64,000 bases of DNA from the IMG/VR virus record IMGVR_UViG_3300045988_173726, positions 160,001 to 224,000 of that record; one strand, given 5' to 3'. Position 1 is the first letter of the stretch, and every line of letters begins with the position of its first letter. Position numbers and translations under genes: made by a program. Source of the DNA: a virus. Positions 8,949 to 18,406 of the stretch are shown piece after piece. A model generated the notes under the pieces. It did not search any database and was not told the origin of the DNA. It was given only the letters and a program-made list of their open reading frames with translations.

Positions 8949-10592
8949 ATGTCAGTCAGAAGTCCGATAATACGAGACGGAATGTATCGCGGGACGATAA
9001 CGGACGCGCACGCCTCGGGTATCTTAAGGGTTCGGGAGAGTAAAGAGATAGCGGGGATGAAGCATATGGTGTTTGATTTCCCGTTAGAGCTTGTGGAGCG
9101 TTCGATACGGGAAGAGAAGAGCATACGGAAGATAGTGCGGGAAGAGGGAATCGACTATCGGCAGTATTTAGGAACATTGAGGTCGTATCAGACGGTAGGC
9201 GCGGCGTTTATGTATATGTCGCCTCGGAGTATGATAGCGGACGGCGTAGGTCTTGGAAAGACGATAGAGATAGCGGCGGTGCTAAACTACTTGCGTGGGA
9301 AAGGGCAGATGAGGCGGTTTTTAATGGCGGTCGAGAACTCTGCAATAAGTCAGACGCAGTATGAATTAACGCGGTTTACGGGTATGCGGATAGTGGCGCT
9401 GTCTGGCGAGTCCAAGCATATGCAGAAAGAGATAGACACGATAGACTGGAACGATGTGCAGGGGATAATCATAAAGCACAGTTCGTTGAAGTCAGATAGT
9501 TTGTATCGGTGGCTTGCGAAGTATGCAAAAGACGATATGACGAATGGAATGTATGATGTGTTTATTTTGGACGAGAGTTCTGTGATAAAGAACGATAAGA
9601 CAAAGACATATCAGTACACGAAGAACCTGTGCGCGTATGCGGACAGGGTGCATTTTATGAACGCTACGGCGTTTGACAAGAATATCATGGATATTTACTA
9701 TCAGATAGACATGATGGACGAGAACTTACTGCCGAAGCGGTGGAGGATAGAGCAGGATTTCTGTAATCACAGTTCAAAGCTTTATTGGTCTAAGGGAATT
9801 AGAGATGACGGAAAGTGGGGCGGGATTCAAAAAACTGCGCGGAGTATAAGTTCATATAAGAATCAAGATGCTTTTAGGCGGCTACTGCAACTTGTGTATT
9901 TCGGGCGGTGCAAGAAAGATGTAGGGTTAGACAGACCGAATATCTATAAGGTTTACGAGGTAGAGCCTACAGCGGCGCAGTTAAACGCGATAAAGGCGGG
10001 GTATCGGTATAACGAGGTTTTGAATAGTCCTTCTTGTATCGAGGAGCTTAAGATAAAAGAGAGTGCAAGCACGGTACCAAAGATAGCGCGAGTATGTAGT
10101 TTATTAGAGAACGACTTTGCAGACAGCAGTGTTATGATTTATTGCTTTCACATTGCGGCGCAGAAAGCCTTAAAGAAAGAGTTAGACGCTCGGGGCAGGA
10201 GATGTGTAATCCTAAACGGAGAGGATAGCAGTAAGGATAAGGATGCGAAGCGGGCAAAGATTATAAGCGACTTTAATAGCGGGGTTTATGACACAATAAT
10301 CACGAATATTAAGAAGTCACTAAATTTGCATGGCGGGGATGTCTGTATTTTCTACAGTATGAGTACAACAGTCTCGTCTATGGAGCAAATACGGGGCAGG
10401 ATAGACAGAAATGTAGACGACAGGGTTAAGACTTTTATCTTGCTTTTGTATGTGGGTACGGATGAGTACAGGTTTTTCACGGATACGGTAAAGAATCGAG
10501 CGAAGTCAGCGAGAGAGCTTACGGTAGACGCAGAGACAGCGATAGATTATTTCATTGAGTCAATGAAGGGAGACAGAAATGAAGCGGAGTAG
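8949..10592 (+). CDS. SNF2/Rad54-family helicase
   Basis: Motif I ADGVGLGKT, motif II VFILDESSVIKN, motif VI-like QIRGRIDR. SD GGGAGG lies upstream. Confidence 0.8.
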   Translation: MSVRSPIIRDGMYRGTITDAHASGILRVRESKEIAGMKHMVFDFPLELVERSIREEKSIRKIVREEGIDYRQYLGTLRSYQTVGAAFMYMSPRSMIADGVGLGKTIEIAAVLNYLRGKGQMRRFLMAVENSAISQTQYELTRFTGMRIVALSGESKHMQKEIDTIDWNDVQGIIIKHSSLKSDSLYRWLAKYAKDDMTNGMYDVFILDESSVIKNDKTKTYQYTKNLCAYADRVHFMNATAFDKNIMDIYYQIDMMDENLLPKRWRIEQDFCNHSSKLYWSKGIRDDGKWGGIQKTARSISSYKNQDAFRRLLQLVYFGRCKKDVGLDRPNIYKVYEVEPTAAQLNAIKAGYRYNEVLNSPSCIEELKIKESASTVPKIARVCSLLENDFADSSVMIYCFHIAAQKALKKELDARGRRCVILNGEDSSKDKDAKRAKIISDFNSGVYDTIITNIKKSLNLHGGDVCIFYSMSTTVSSMEQIRGRIDRNVDDRVKTFILLLYVGTDEYRFFTDTVKNRAKSARELTVDAETAIDYFIESMKGDRNEAE

Positions 10593-11613
10593 GGTAGTAG
10601 TGCTTTTAGCGGCAGTGGTTGCGGGAGTTTCGTTAGCGGCTTGTGGCGGTAAGAAAGACAAGAAAGACTATCGACAGCTATATATGGAGAATGAGAGCAA
10701 GCTAACGGACGCAGACAGCACGATAAAGGGTCTAAGGCTTGCATTAGCGTCATTTGATAAGAAGTATGCGGACGATGCCGAGGTTTCGCAGTATTCGATA
10801 CTTGACACAGGGGCGAAGGTCTTTAACTCGTTTAACGGTAAGATATATCTGGACAGTGATGTAAAGTTTGATAGCACGGATAAGCTGTCTAACACATCTA
10901 CGGTGCAGTTATCCCCGAATATGTCTCTTGCGCCTACGGATAACTGGTCTTTGAACACGACAACCGCATATACGGAGCTGTATAACAGCAACGGAATCTA
11001 CGGAAATATCGAGATGTACAAGGTCTACAACACGATAGACAGTTCGTTTATCAGTGAACAGCTCATAACGCCGTTCTTAAAGGCGAACAATCTGGATAGT
11101 TTGCAGGAGAGGACGCTGTTTGCGGGGAATGTGAATGTAGGTGCAGAGGTAAGGAGTAAGTTACAGGTAAAGAGTACGGTAGACGCAGACGAAGAGAAGA
11201 AGGTAAAGAAGAAAGCGGTTTTATCGAGTGAGGAGCTTGAGTCCGAGCAGGCAGAAGCGGATAAGGCAGTGCAGGAGAGCGAAGCGGCGCGTATGTCGGA
11301 GTATCAGTCAACGCTAGAGAGCGGAAAGACAGAGACAAACGAGAGTGGTGAGACTATTGAGGCTACATTGCCCGAGACGAGCGCGGCGGCAGAGGATGTC
11401 GGAAACGAAGAGGTAACGGTGCTTTTGCCAAAGAGTAAGGACGAGACAGACGATTATATCTTTAGAGTCGGCGTTATGATGTACAACGGGCAGGCTATGG
11501 TTTATAAGTTTGCATATAAGGACGATGACAAGGCTTCTGCGAACGGAGAAATCCTAGATAGCCTAATCAATTCGGTTAAATGCGGGGAAGATATGGTTAG
11601 GTTCGGTCAGTAA
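10579..11613 (+). CDS. lipoprotein
   Basis: Signal peptide MKRSRVVVLLAAVVAGVSLAAC with lipobox LAAC. Overlaps the SNF2 stop by 14 nt. Confidence 0.7.
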   Translation: MKRSRVVVLLAAVVAGVSLAACGGKKDKKDYRQLYMENESKLTDADSTIKGLRLALASFDKKYADDAEVSQYSILDTGAKVFNSFNGKIYLDSDVKFDSTDKLSNTSTVQLSPNMSLAPTDNWSLNTTTAYTELYNSNGIYGNIEMYKVYNTIDSSFISEQLITPFLKANNLDSLQERTLFAGNVNVGAEVRSKLQVKSTVDADEEKKVKKKAVLSSEELESEQAEADKAVQESEAARMSEYQSTLESGKTETNESGETIEATLPETSAAAEDVGNEEVTVLLPKSKDETDDYIFRVGVMMYNGQAMVYKFAYKDDDKASANGEILDSLINSVKCGEDMVRFGQ

Positions 11614-11634
11614 GGCATAGAGGTTACAGGTTTT

Positions 11635-11666
11635 ACGGGATATACTTTCTGTATATCCCGTTTTTA
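11635..11666 (+). terminator. rho-independent terminator
   Basis: 11 bp stem acgggatatac / gtatatcccgt with loop tttct, then TTTTT. Confidence 0.8.
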
Positions 11667-11748
11667 GTTTAAGTTATAGAATACCTATAATTAAACCTAG
11701 TCATGTTTCTGCGCTTAGCTTAAGGGAAAAGGAGGTAAGGAAGCGCTA

Positions 11749-13866
11749 ATGGAAAAGCGGTTTTTAGCGGTAGCCGTTTGTCGAGGCGAGGACGGTAAAT
11801 ATCTAGGCTTACGAGTCGTAGACACGAAAGACAGAGTAGCACGGGCAGTAGATGCGAATATCCAGAGTATTCTAACGGTCTTAAAGGGCGGGGATGCTTT
11901 TTATAATTTAAGGCTTGGGGAGGACGGTAAGGTAAAGGTGACGGGGATGAATCCCGCGCGTATGCCAGTTATCGACTTAACGAAGAAGCCGACCGAAGAG
12001 GGGTATTGTAGTGATAAACAGGCGAAGATAGTGTTTGAGGATACGGGTCAGTATAACTTCGTCTGCTATGAGTGGTCGGGTAAGCGAGTCGTGCTTACGG
12101 GTTCTACTCTTGAGGAATATAGGGCGCATCTGGTAAACGATAAGGTTTATGTGACGGCTACGCCGTCCAACGCGCCAAAGGTGGCAGTAAGCCTTAAAGG
12201 TAACGGCGATAAGGTACAGGCGAAGTCCTCACATAGAACGTCAGAGGAGAGAGATAAGTTAATCGAGGAGGCAGAGAAACTTCGGAAAGCGGAGAAAGAG
12301 AAGCGCGGTGAAGATGAATCTGGGAGTCTCGGTGTTTTCCGTGTAATAGACAGCCCGAATACGATACGGAGCGGGGGCGATTTTCGGACAACCGACAATC
12401 TTTACACTTCGCAGATAATCGGTGTAGACGGCGATATGACGCTCGCGCAAAAGTATAAGACAGTTTACGATGACGGGAGTGAGGTAACGGTAGACTTAAA
12501 GTTTATGAAGGTCGCGAACGTGATTAGCGAGTATTGCGGATATTACGGCTCACTGTATCGAGCGATTGAGCATAAGTTTACCGATAAAGACGAGATAGTT
12601 CCGACTGCGGGAGCGTGTCCAGAGTATATTATTTTCAATGTAAAGTATTGTAACAGCCTTACTACGCCAGAGTTAGTGTTTATCCTGCTACATGAGTTAT
12701 CTCATATCGCTCTACAGCACGCTCTGCGTGGTAGAGGAAAGAATCACGATGTTTTTAACATTGCGGCAGACCTGATTATCAATAAGCAGATTTGCGAAGA
12801 GTATAAGGTTTCGCCTACAGGTGGCGTTTCAAAGCTAAGTGGGGAAGGTCAATCAGAAGATAAGTGCGGAATCGCGTTCCCAGACGGCGGTTTGTATAGC
12901 GCGGCGGTAGACTTAACGAAAGACACAGCAGAAAGTATCTATGAAGAGCTTATAAAGACCGCAAAGAAGAGGAAAAATAATAGCCTAGACGGAGATAACA
13001 TGCACAGGGGTACTTCCAAGGGCGACCAGAATAGTGGCGGCGGTGGAAGCTCTGATGGAAATACAAGCGGTAGTGGTGGAGACGGAGAGGGTGAAATCAC
13101 CGAGGTAGACTTTAGAGGGCAGAAGATAAGTTTACCTGCGTCTTTGCGAGATATTGCGGAGTCAGCGCGAGATGCGTCACTGGATAATTCGAGCCTAAAG
13201 GATAAACTAGACGAAGTAGCGCGGCGTGCTATGGTGCATTATAAGCAGTTTGGGCAGGGGCATAGCAACTTAGCGAGGGATATAGAGAAGGTGCTTGCAC
13301 CGCGCATACACTGGAAGAAGTATTTGCAGAAATACCTAATCGAAGCGTCACAGACTTTCGACACTTTTTCGTCTCCAGAGCGAAGATACTTAAGTAGAGG
13401 AATGACATTGCCTGGACCTCGGCATACAGACCCAGATACCATCAAAGGCTTAAAGGTTTGTATAGACACTTCTGGAAGTATAAGCAAAGAGGATTTAGGT
13501 ATCGCGCTCGGACAGGTAGCACAGCTTCTAAAGAAGTATAAAGCGGACGCAGAGGTAGTTTATTGGGACACCGAGGTAGCGGCTACGGGAAAGTTTTCGG
13601 ATATAGCGAGCCTTTATAAGCACGAAGCGAAAGGCGGGGGTGGAACGGATGTAAACTGTATCTTTGAGTATTTCAACTCTAAGGAGTGCAAAGATAAGCC
13701 GAAGTTAATCCTAATCTTCACGGATGGCTATTTCGGGAAGGTAGACATGCATCTGGTGAATCGACTGCACTGCAAGAAGAACATCATTTGGGTAATAAAT
13801 GACGATAACCTAGTAGATTTCAAGAGGCACATTGATTTCGGCAAGGTTGCCGTTTATAAGAACTGA
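11749..13866 (+). CDS. VWA-domain protein with a putative metallopeptidase domain (DUF2201-like) and an N-terminal paralog module
   Basis: HExxH in LLHELSHIALQH, followed by FNIAADLIINK. A G/S-rich linker follows. The MIDAS-like motif VCIDTSGSIS sits in the C-terminal VWA-like region. SD AAGGAGG. Confidence 0.7.
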   Translation: MEKRFLAVAVCRGEDGKYLGLRVVDTKDRVARAVDANIQSILTVLKGGDAFYNLRLGEDGKVKVTGMNPARMPVIDLTKKPTEEGYCSDKQAKIVFEDTGQYNFVCYEWSGKRVVLTGSTLEEYRAHLVNDKVYVTATPSNAPKVAVSLKGNGDKVQAKSSHRTSEERDKLIEEAEKLRKAEKEKRGEDESGSLGVFRVIDSPNTIRSGGDFRTTDNLYTSQIIGVDGDMTLAQKYKTVYDDGSEVTVDLKFMKVANVISEYCGYYGSLYRAIEHKFTDKDEIVPTAGACPEYIIFNVKYCNSLTTPELVFILLHELSHIALQHALRGRGKNHDVFNIAADLIINKQICEEYKVSPTGGVSKLSGEGQSEDKCGIAFPDGGLYSAAVDLTKDTAESIYEELIKTAKKRKNNSLDGDNMHRGTSKGDQNSGGGGSSDGNTSGSGGDGEGEITEVDFRGQKISLPASLRDIAESARDASLDNSSLKDKLDEVARRAMVHYKQFGQGHSNLARDIEKVLAPRIHWKKYLQKYLIEASQTFDTFSSPERRYLSRGMTLPGPRHTDPDTIKGLKVCIDTSGSISKEDLGIALGQVAQLLKKYKADAEVVYWDTEVAATGKFSDIASLYKHEAKGGGGTDVNCIFEYFNSKECKDKPKLILIFTDGYFGKVDMHLVNRLHCKKNIIWVINDDNLVDFKRHIDFGKVAVYKN

Positions 13867-13883
13867 TTAAGAGGAGAGAAGCT

Positions 13884-15128
13884 ATGGCAAATTATAATAT
13901 GATAACTGTGAAGTTAAGACAGTTTAGGGAGATGGTGCGTAAACAGCTTGAGGCGAAGTTGTATACGCCTATACTTGCACTCGGAAAGCCGGGAGTAGGT
14001 AAGACGGAAACGCTGTCAGCGCTTGCAAAGGAGCTTGGAATCGGGTATTGCGAGTTCCGAGTAGCGAGTATGACACTGGTGGATGTGCTGGGTATTCCGC
14101 ATGAGATTGAGCAGGAGAAGGGCGGGATGGTAACGCTGTGGTCGCCAAACGGCTTATTGCCGAATGAGGAGAGAGACGGAGAGGTAGGTATACTGGCGCT
14201 AGACGAGATAACAGCGGCGAAGCCAGAGATGAGAACTACGCTCTTACAGTTGCTTGACTCTAGGCGACAGGTCGCGTCCTACAAGTTTCCAGAGCATTGG
14301 GTTTGCATTGCTATCGGTAACGATGACGAGTCGGGCGCGGATTATCAAGGTATCGAGTCCCCGTTTATCGGACGATGCGGCTTAAAGATGCTTCTTGACC
14401 CAGACTTTGATGACTGGAAGCCTTGGGCGTTACAGCACGATATAAACACGACCATTCTTGCGTTTATCGAGAGTGATAAGAGTAAGTTAAACACCTTTGA
14501 CCCGAGTGCGGATGTCGAGGTTTATGCGTCACAGCGAGATTGGGCTAACTTTAGCAAGTTTCTAAATCACTTAGAGTCTTGTAACGGTGGCGCACCGCTT
14601 GACGAAATGACGGTATCGCTGTTTGCGAAGGCTTCTGTGGGAGAGAAAGTTGGACCAGAATTCGCAATGTATTATAGATATAATACGCAGATAGTATCTG
14701 CGGAGGCTCTGTTAAACGGAACGGCAGAGGTAAACTTTGCAGGGCTGGATAACGCAAAGTTTTATCTATTACAGAAGCATGTCAATCAGATTATCATAGA
14801 CGACTTAAAGGGAACTTACGATGCAAACCTTTCTTACAGGTTTGACGAGAAGATAAAGATTAGTGACGATGTTAAGCGTCATCTAACGAATCTGATTAAG
14901 TTTATCGTTGAGTTACCTTCTTCCGAGTGGCGAGCAGTTACGATAACAGACTTAACACATACTGTTTCTGCGTCTATCGGAATATTCTACGATGTAGATA
15001 CTAACCAGACAGGTGTGTTTAATGACAGGACATTGAGGGATAAGTTTAAGAAGGCGTTTGACGATATTGCGCTCTATATGAGTCAGCAAGAGGACGCGCT
15101 TACGCTTGCAAAGAGCCAGAAGAAGTGA
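13884..15128 (+). CDS. MoxR-class AAA+ ATPase
   Basis: Walker A LGKPGVGKTE and Walker B GILALDEIT. Sits immediately downstream of the VWA protein, the usual MoxR-VWA pairing. Confidence 0.7.
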   Translation: MANYNMITVKLRQFREMVRKQLEAKLYTPILALGKPGVGKTETLSALAKELGIGYCEFRVASMTLVDVLGIPHEIEQEKGGMVTLWSPNGLLPNEERDGEVGILALDEITAAKPEMRTTLLQLLDSRRQVASYKFPEHWVCIAIGNDDESGADYQGIESPFIGRCGLKMLLDPDFDDWKPWALQHDINTTILAFIESDKSKLNTFDPSADVEVYASQRDWANFSKFLNHLESCNGGAPLDEMTVSLFAKASVGEKVGPEFAMYYRYNTQIVSAEALLNGTAEVNFAGLDNAKFYLLQKHVNQIIIDDLKGTYDANLSYRFDEKIKISDDVKRHLTNLIKFIVELPSSEWRAVTITDLTHTVSASIGIFYDVDTNQTGVFNDRTLRDKFKKAFDDIALYMSQQEDALTLAKSQKK

Positions 15129-15141
15129 GGAGGGGGAAAAC

Positions 15142-16248
15142 ATGGATGCAGTATTCATTGTAATCAATAAGCGAGACACCGAGCAGGGTGCGGTTTATGC
15201 GTTTGCGGCGCTTGCGAATGACGGGGTAGGATGTGACTATAAGCCTTTGTGGAAGGGTGAATGCCAAGAGAGTGATTTAACGCCGCTTGTAAAGTATGCG
15301 CGTAGCATCGGAAGCACGCATCAAGTGAAGTTTCTGAACTTCAAGTTAAAGGACAAGAAGGTTTTGCCAGTCGGATATAGCTTTGAGGTGTTTAAGAGGG
15401 AGAAAGCGAAGCCGAATGTTTTGCTTAACGAGGTTAGGTCAGAGGAGACAGGGGCGTTACTAGGATATACGATATATGTAACGGATTCGGGTAAGGTAGC
15501 AAATGTATCCTTGGTTAAGCTTATGCCTGCTGTTAAGAAGTATCAAGAGAGCGGCTTAAAGTTAACCCATAACGCAATGTATATCGGCGCTACAAAGGAC
15601 AAGAAAGAGTATCTAAAGCAGTTTATCGAGGGAAGTATTCCGAGTAGGTCTGTAAAGACAGGGCAGAATACGAAGGTAGACGCAGAGAAAGCGGAGATGT
15701 CTAAGGAGAAGATAGACAGTAACGCTAAGAAAGAGAGCGCGGCGAGTAAGTTTACGGCAGAGCAGATGGCGGTATTACGGAAGGCGCATAACGAGGGTGT
15801 AAACTATAAGAAGTTTGCGAAGCCAGAGCTGTCGCCCGAGCAGATGGAGATGCTTTACGAGATAGAGAAGCTTGGAAGGCTTGACAGCAGATATTTAGCA
15901 TTCCCTCGGTATAGTAGAGAGGTGCTTGAGTTTTACTATTCAGAGCTTAAATTAAAGGACGATTTAAGTTGCTTTGTAGAGACAAGAAACGGTAAGCGAG
16001 TGATGGCGAGCGAGTATAACATCGCGCAGATGTATCAGATTCGTCTCGGAAGCCTTATGGGAATCGACTATCACAGGTATATGAATCCGAAGCTTAGTGT
16101 TAGAGAGATGTCGAACATAAGAGAGGCATTGGAGTCAAACCTTTGGGTCGGCGCGAGTGAGTTTATTTCTGGAAGTGAGCAGTCGGGTGTTCTGATAAAG
16201 ACGCTTAATTTCGGGAAGAAGCATAAGAAGCGCGGGGGAAAAGAGTAA
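15142..16248 (+). CDS. hypothetical protein (paralog module plus repeated xxQM helical repeats)
   Basis: Start moved to ATG 15142 (SD GAGGAGGGGG). Carries the module LLGYTIYVTDSGKVANVSLVKL and the repeats FTAEQMAVL / LSPEQMEML / YNIAQMYQI / LSVREMSNI. Confidence 0.6.
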   Translation: MDAVFIVINKRDTEQGAVYAFAALANDGVGCDYKPLWKGECQESDLTPLVKYARSIGSTHQVKFLNFKLKDKKVLPVGYSFEVFKREKAKPNVLLNEVRSEETGALLGYTIYVTDSGKVANVSLVKLMPAVKKYQESGLKLTHNAMYIGATKDKKEYLKQFIEGSIPSRSVKTGQNTKVDAEKAEMSKEKIDSNAKKESAASKFTAEQMAVLRKAHNEGVNYKKFAKPELSPEQMEMLYEIEKLGRLDSRYLAFPRYSREVLEFYYSELKLKDDLSCFVETRNGKRVMASEYNIAQMYQIRLGSLMGIDYHRYMNPKLSVREMSNIREALESNLWVGASEFISGSEQSGVLIKTLNFGKKHKKRGGKE

Positions 16249-16271
16249 GGTTTTATGAGGGGGCGTTATGA

Positions 16272-16298
16272 GGGGCGGTTAAACCGCCCCTTTGATTT
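16272..16298 (+). terminator. rho-independent terminator
   Basis: Stem GGGGCGG / CCGCCCC with loop ttaaa, then TTTGATTT. Confidence 0.75.
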
Positions 16299-16319
16299 AG
16301 GGGATTTTGGGAGGAGAGT

Positions 16320-16946
16320 ATGCGTTATATATTTTTAATCACGGGTATACGGACGGCAGGGGTAGATACGGTTTATAGGCTTGCGATAGTGCGCAAATCT
16401 AGTGTTGTAGACGACTTAAAGTACGAAATCATGTCACACAGCAAGACCTTGCGAGCAACCAATGGGATTTTAATGGGTGAAAGTTATAACATGCTAAGTA
16501 ATATGCTCGCGTCTATCGTAAAAGCAAAGGAGTCGTTCACTTTTGCAAATTTCGAGTTAGACGAAAAAACGCGGACGATAGTGCCTTATGGTAACGGGTT
16601 TGCGAGTGGCGGGGTATTGGTAGCCTTGGATGACTTGCGGGTAACAGAGCAGGGGGCTAAGGTAGGTTATACAGTGTATAACCTAGAGAGCGGGACGATA
16701 GAGTTTATACGGGTAGCAGATTTGCTTTCTGTGGCGATAGCGTATGACGCTAGGGGGCTATGTCTCGTGCAGAATTTACGGTTTCATAAGTCAAAAGAGG
16801 GCGAGATAAAGAAGTTAGCATGCTTTTGGCACAGTAGGGAGCATTACGGGGTAGCGGTTATACCGAAGAAGGCGCATGGGGTGCTTGGTTTTGAGCGAAG
16901 CTCCCGTATGATAACAGAGGGACTAATGCGTAGGTTAGAGATGTAA
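16320..16946 (+). CDS. hypothetical protein, paralog-module family
   Basis: 208 aa. Module KVGYTVYNLESGTIEFIRVADL. SD GGGAGGAG. Confidence 0.6.
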   Translation: MRYIFLITGIRTAGVDTVYRLAIVRKSSVVDDLKYEIMSHSKTLRATNGILMGESYNMLSNMLASIVKAKESFTFANFELDEKTRTIVPYGNGFASGGVLVALDDLRVTEQGAKVGYTVYNLESGTIEFIRVADLLSVAIAYDARGLCLVQNLRFHKSKEGEIKKLACFWHSREHYGVAVIPKKAHGVLGFERSSRMITEGLMRRLEM

Positions 16947-16961
16947 ACGGAGGAGTTTATT

Positions 16962-17714
16962 ATGAGACAGGCAGAGTTCGTGATGACAGGGCTTAAGGCG
17001 CTTGATAGAGAGTCTTACTACTCGGCGAAGGTAGGGGTATTTGAGCATGAGGCAGGGGAGATAGAGAGGAAGCTCATACGGGAGTTTGAGACTCGGATAG
17101 CTTCTAGCGATAATAGAGAGTATTTTGAGATAAAGGATGAGAATGGGGTTTATCGCCTCGCGTCAGCGACAGAGGAGTTTAAGCGGACGCATGAAGTAGT
17201 GTGGGTAAACTTTAGCGATAGCTATTTGCCACATGAGGGGAAAGCGCCTTACGGGGTGGGTAACGGGATATACTGTAATGTAAGGGATTTTGTGGCATTA
17301 AGCCGCCTCGGGGCGTATATCGTGTTAATGGGTAAAATCGAGTCATCGGACGGGTATCTGCTTGGATATACAGCGCTCTCTACGGTAACGGGAAAAGTTT
17401 TTAATCTGCCGTGTGTAGGCGTTTATCCGATAAAGGACATTACGAATAGGTATCGTCACTGGGAGTTTTGTAGTAACGGAAGATACATAGACGGAGAAAT
17501 CCCATATTTAGAGTCTAGCGTAGAGTATACGATAGGTGGTATGGGGATAGGGATAGAGAGCAAGGCGTTTTACTATTTAGACACGGTTAAGCTCACAGAG
17601 AAGCCAGTATATAGCGAGATGTTTTCAGAGTTTACGGGGGAGATAGAGGCTATCTTAGAGGGGCTTCCAGAGACAGACTATAAACGCGGGGCAGAGCTTA
17701 AGGTAGAGAGGTAA
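16962..17714 (+). CDS. hypothetical protein, paralog-module family
   Basis: 250 aa. Module LLGYTALSTVTGKVFNLPCVGV. SD GGAGGAG. Confidence 0.6.
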   Translation: MRQAEFVMTGLKALDRESYYSAKVGVFEHEAGEIERKLIREFETRIASSDNREYFEIKDENGVYRLASATEEFKRTHEVVWVNFSDSYLPHEGKAPYGVGNGIYCNVRDFVALSRLGAYIVLMGKIESSDGYLLGYTALSTVTGKVFNLPCVGVYPIKDITNRYRHWEFCSNGRYIDGEIPYLESSVEYTIGGMGIGIESKAFYYLDTVKLTEKPVYSEMFSEFTGEIEAILEGLPETDYKRGAELKVER

Positions 17715-17722
17715 GGGGTAGG

Positions 17723-18331
17723 ATGCGAGCTTCTTCGGAGGAATTACGACTAATTATTACAAACTGCAAGGGAGAATCTTCGAGAAAGCAATTCACAGTA
17801 AAGGTCTTTACGGGGAGTCCTTTTAAGGGCGGGTATAAGTTAGCGGATGAGTTTACAGGCGGCGGTAGTTATCTTAGGTGGCGGATAGAGAGGTTGCGGG
17901 CTACGGGGATAGTCGTTTGTGTAAACTTTAGGCTTCGGGAGCGGTATCGAGAGGTAGAGGTTAAGCCTGTCGGGAGAGAGTTTACGGAGGCGGCGGGTGT
18001 CGCAGTAAATCTAATCTTGTCCTTAACAGGGAGTAGTAGAGACTGGGCAGGGGTAGCGCTTTATCTTCGAGAGACGGGGAAAATCGTTTATGTGCGGCGA
18101 AGCGAGGCACAGGAGACAGAGAGAGCTTATCGGGATTCTGGGAGAGTATTCGCCCAAAACCTCTGTTTGCGGAAGAAGTGTGATGGCACGGAGACGCTCT
18201 GTCGGGTGCAAGGCGCATCTCGGCGGGTTCAACTCTTAAAGCCTGCAAAGGATTTCGAGCTAGATAAAATTTGGAATGCAAGCAGTAAAGACTTTACAAA
18301 CTTTTTGAAATGTGATAAAAGAGAAGGGTAA
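17723..18331 (+). CDS. hypothetical protein, paralog-module family (divergent)
   Basis: 202 aa. Module WAGVALYLRETGKIVYVRRSEA. Confidence 0.55.
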   Translation: MRASSEELRLIITNCKGESSRKQFTVKVFTGSPFKGGYKLADEFTGGGSYLRWRIERLRATGIVVCVNFRLRERYREVEVKPVGREFTEAAGVAVNLILSLTGSSRDWAGVALYLRETGKIVYVRRSEAQETERAYRDSGRVFAQNLCLRKKCDGTETLCRVQGASRRVQLLKPAKDFELDKIWNASSKDFTNFLKCDKREG

Positions 18332-18346
18332 CCCCTTCTTTTTTAT
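18322..18346 (+). terminator. rho-independent terminator overlapping the stop codon
   Basis: Stem AGAAGGG / CCCTTCT with loop taac, then TTTTTT. Confidence 0.75.
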
Positions 18347-18406
18347 TTAGAATCGCATGAGGAGTTGGAAAGAATTGCGGGGGTTAGTGGCATGGAGGTC
18401 TGGAAA

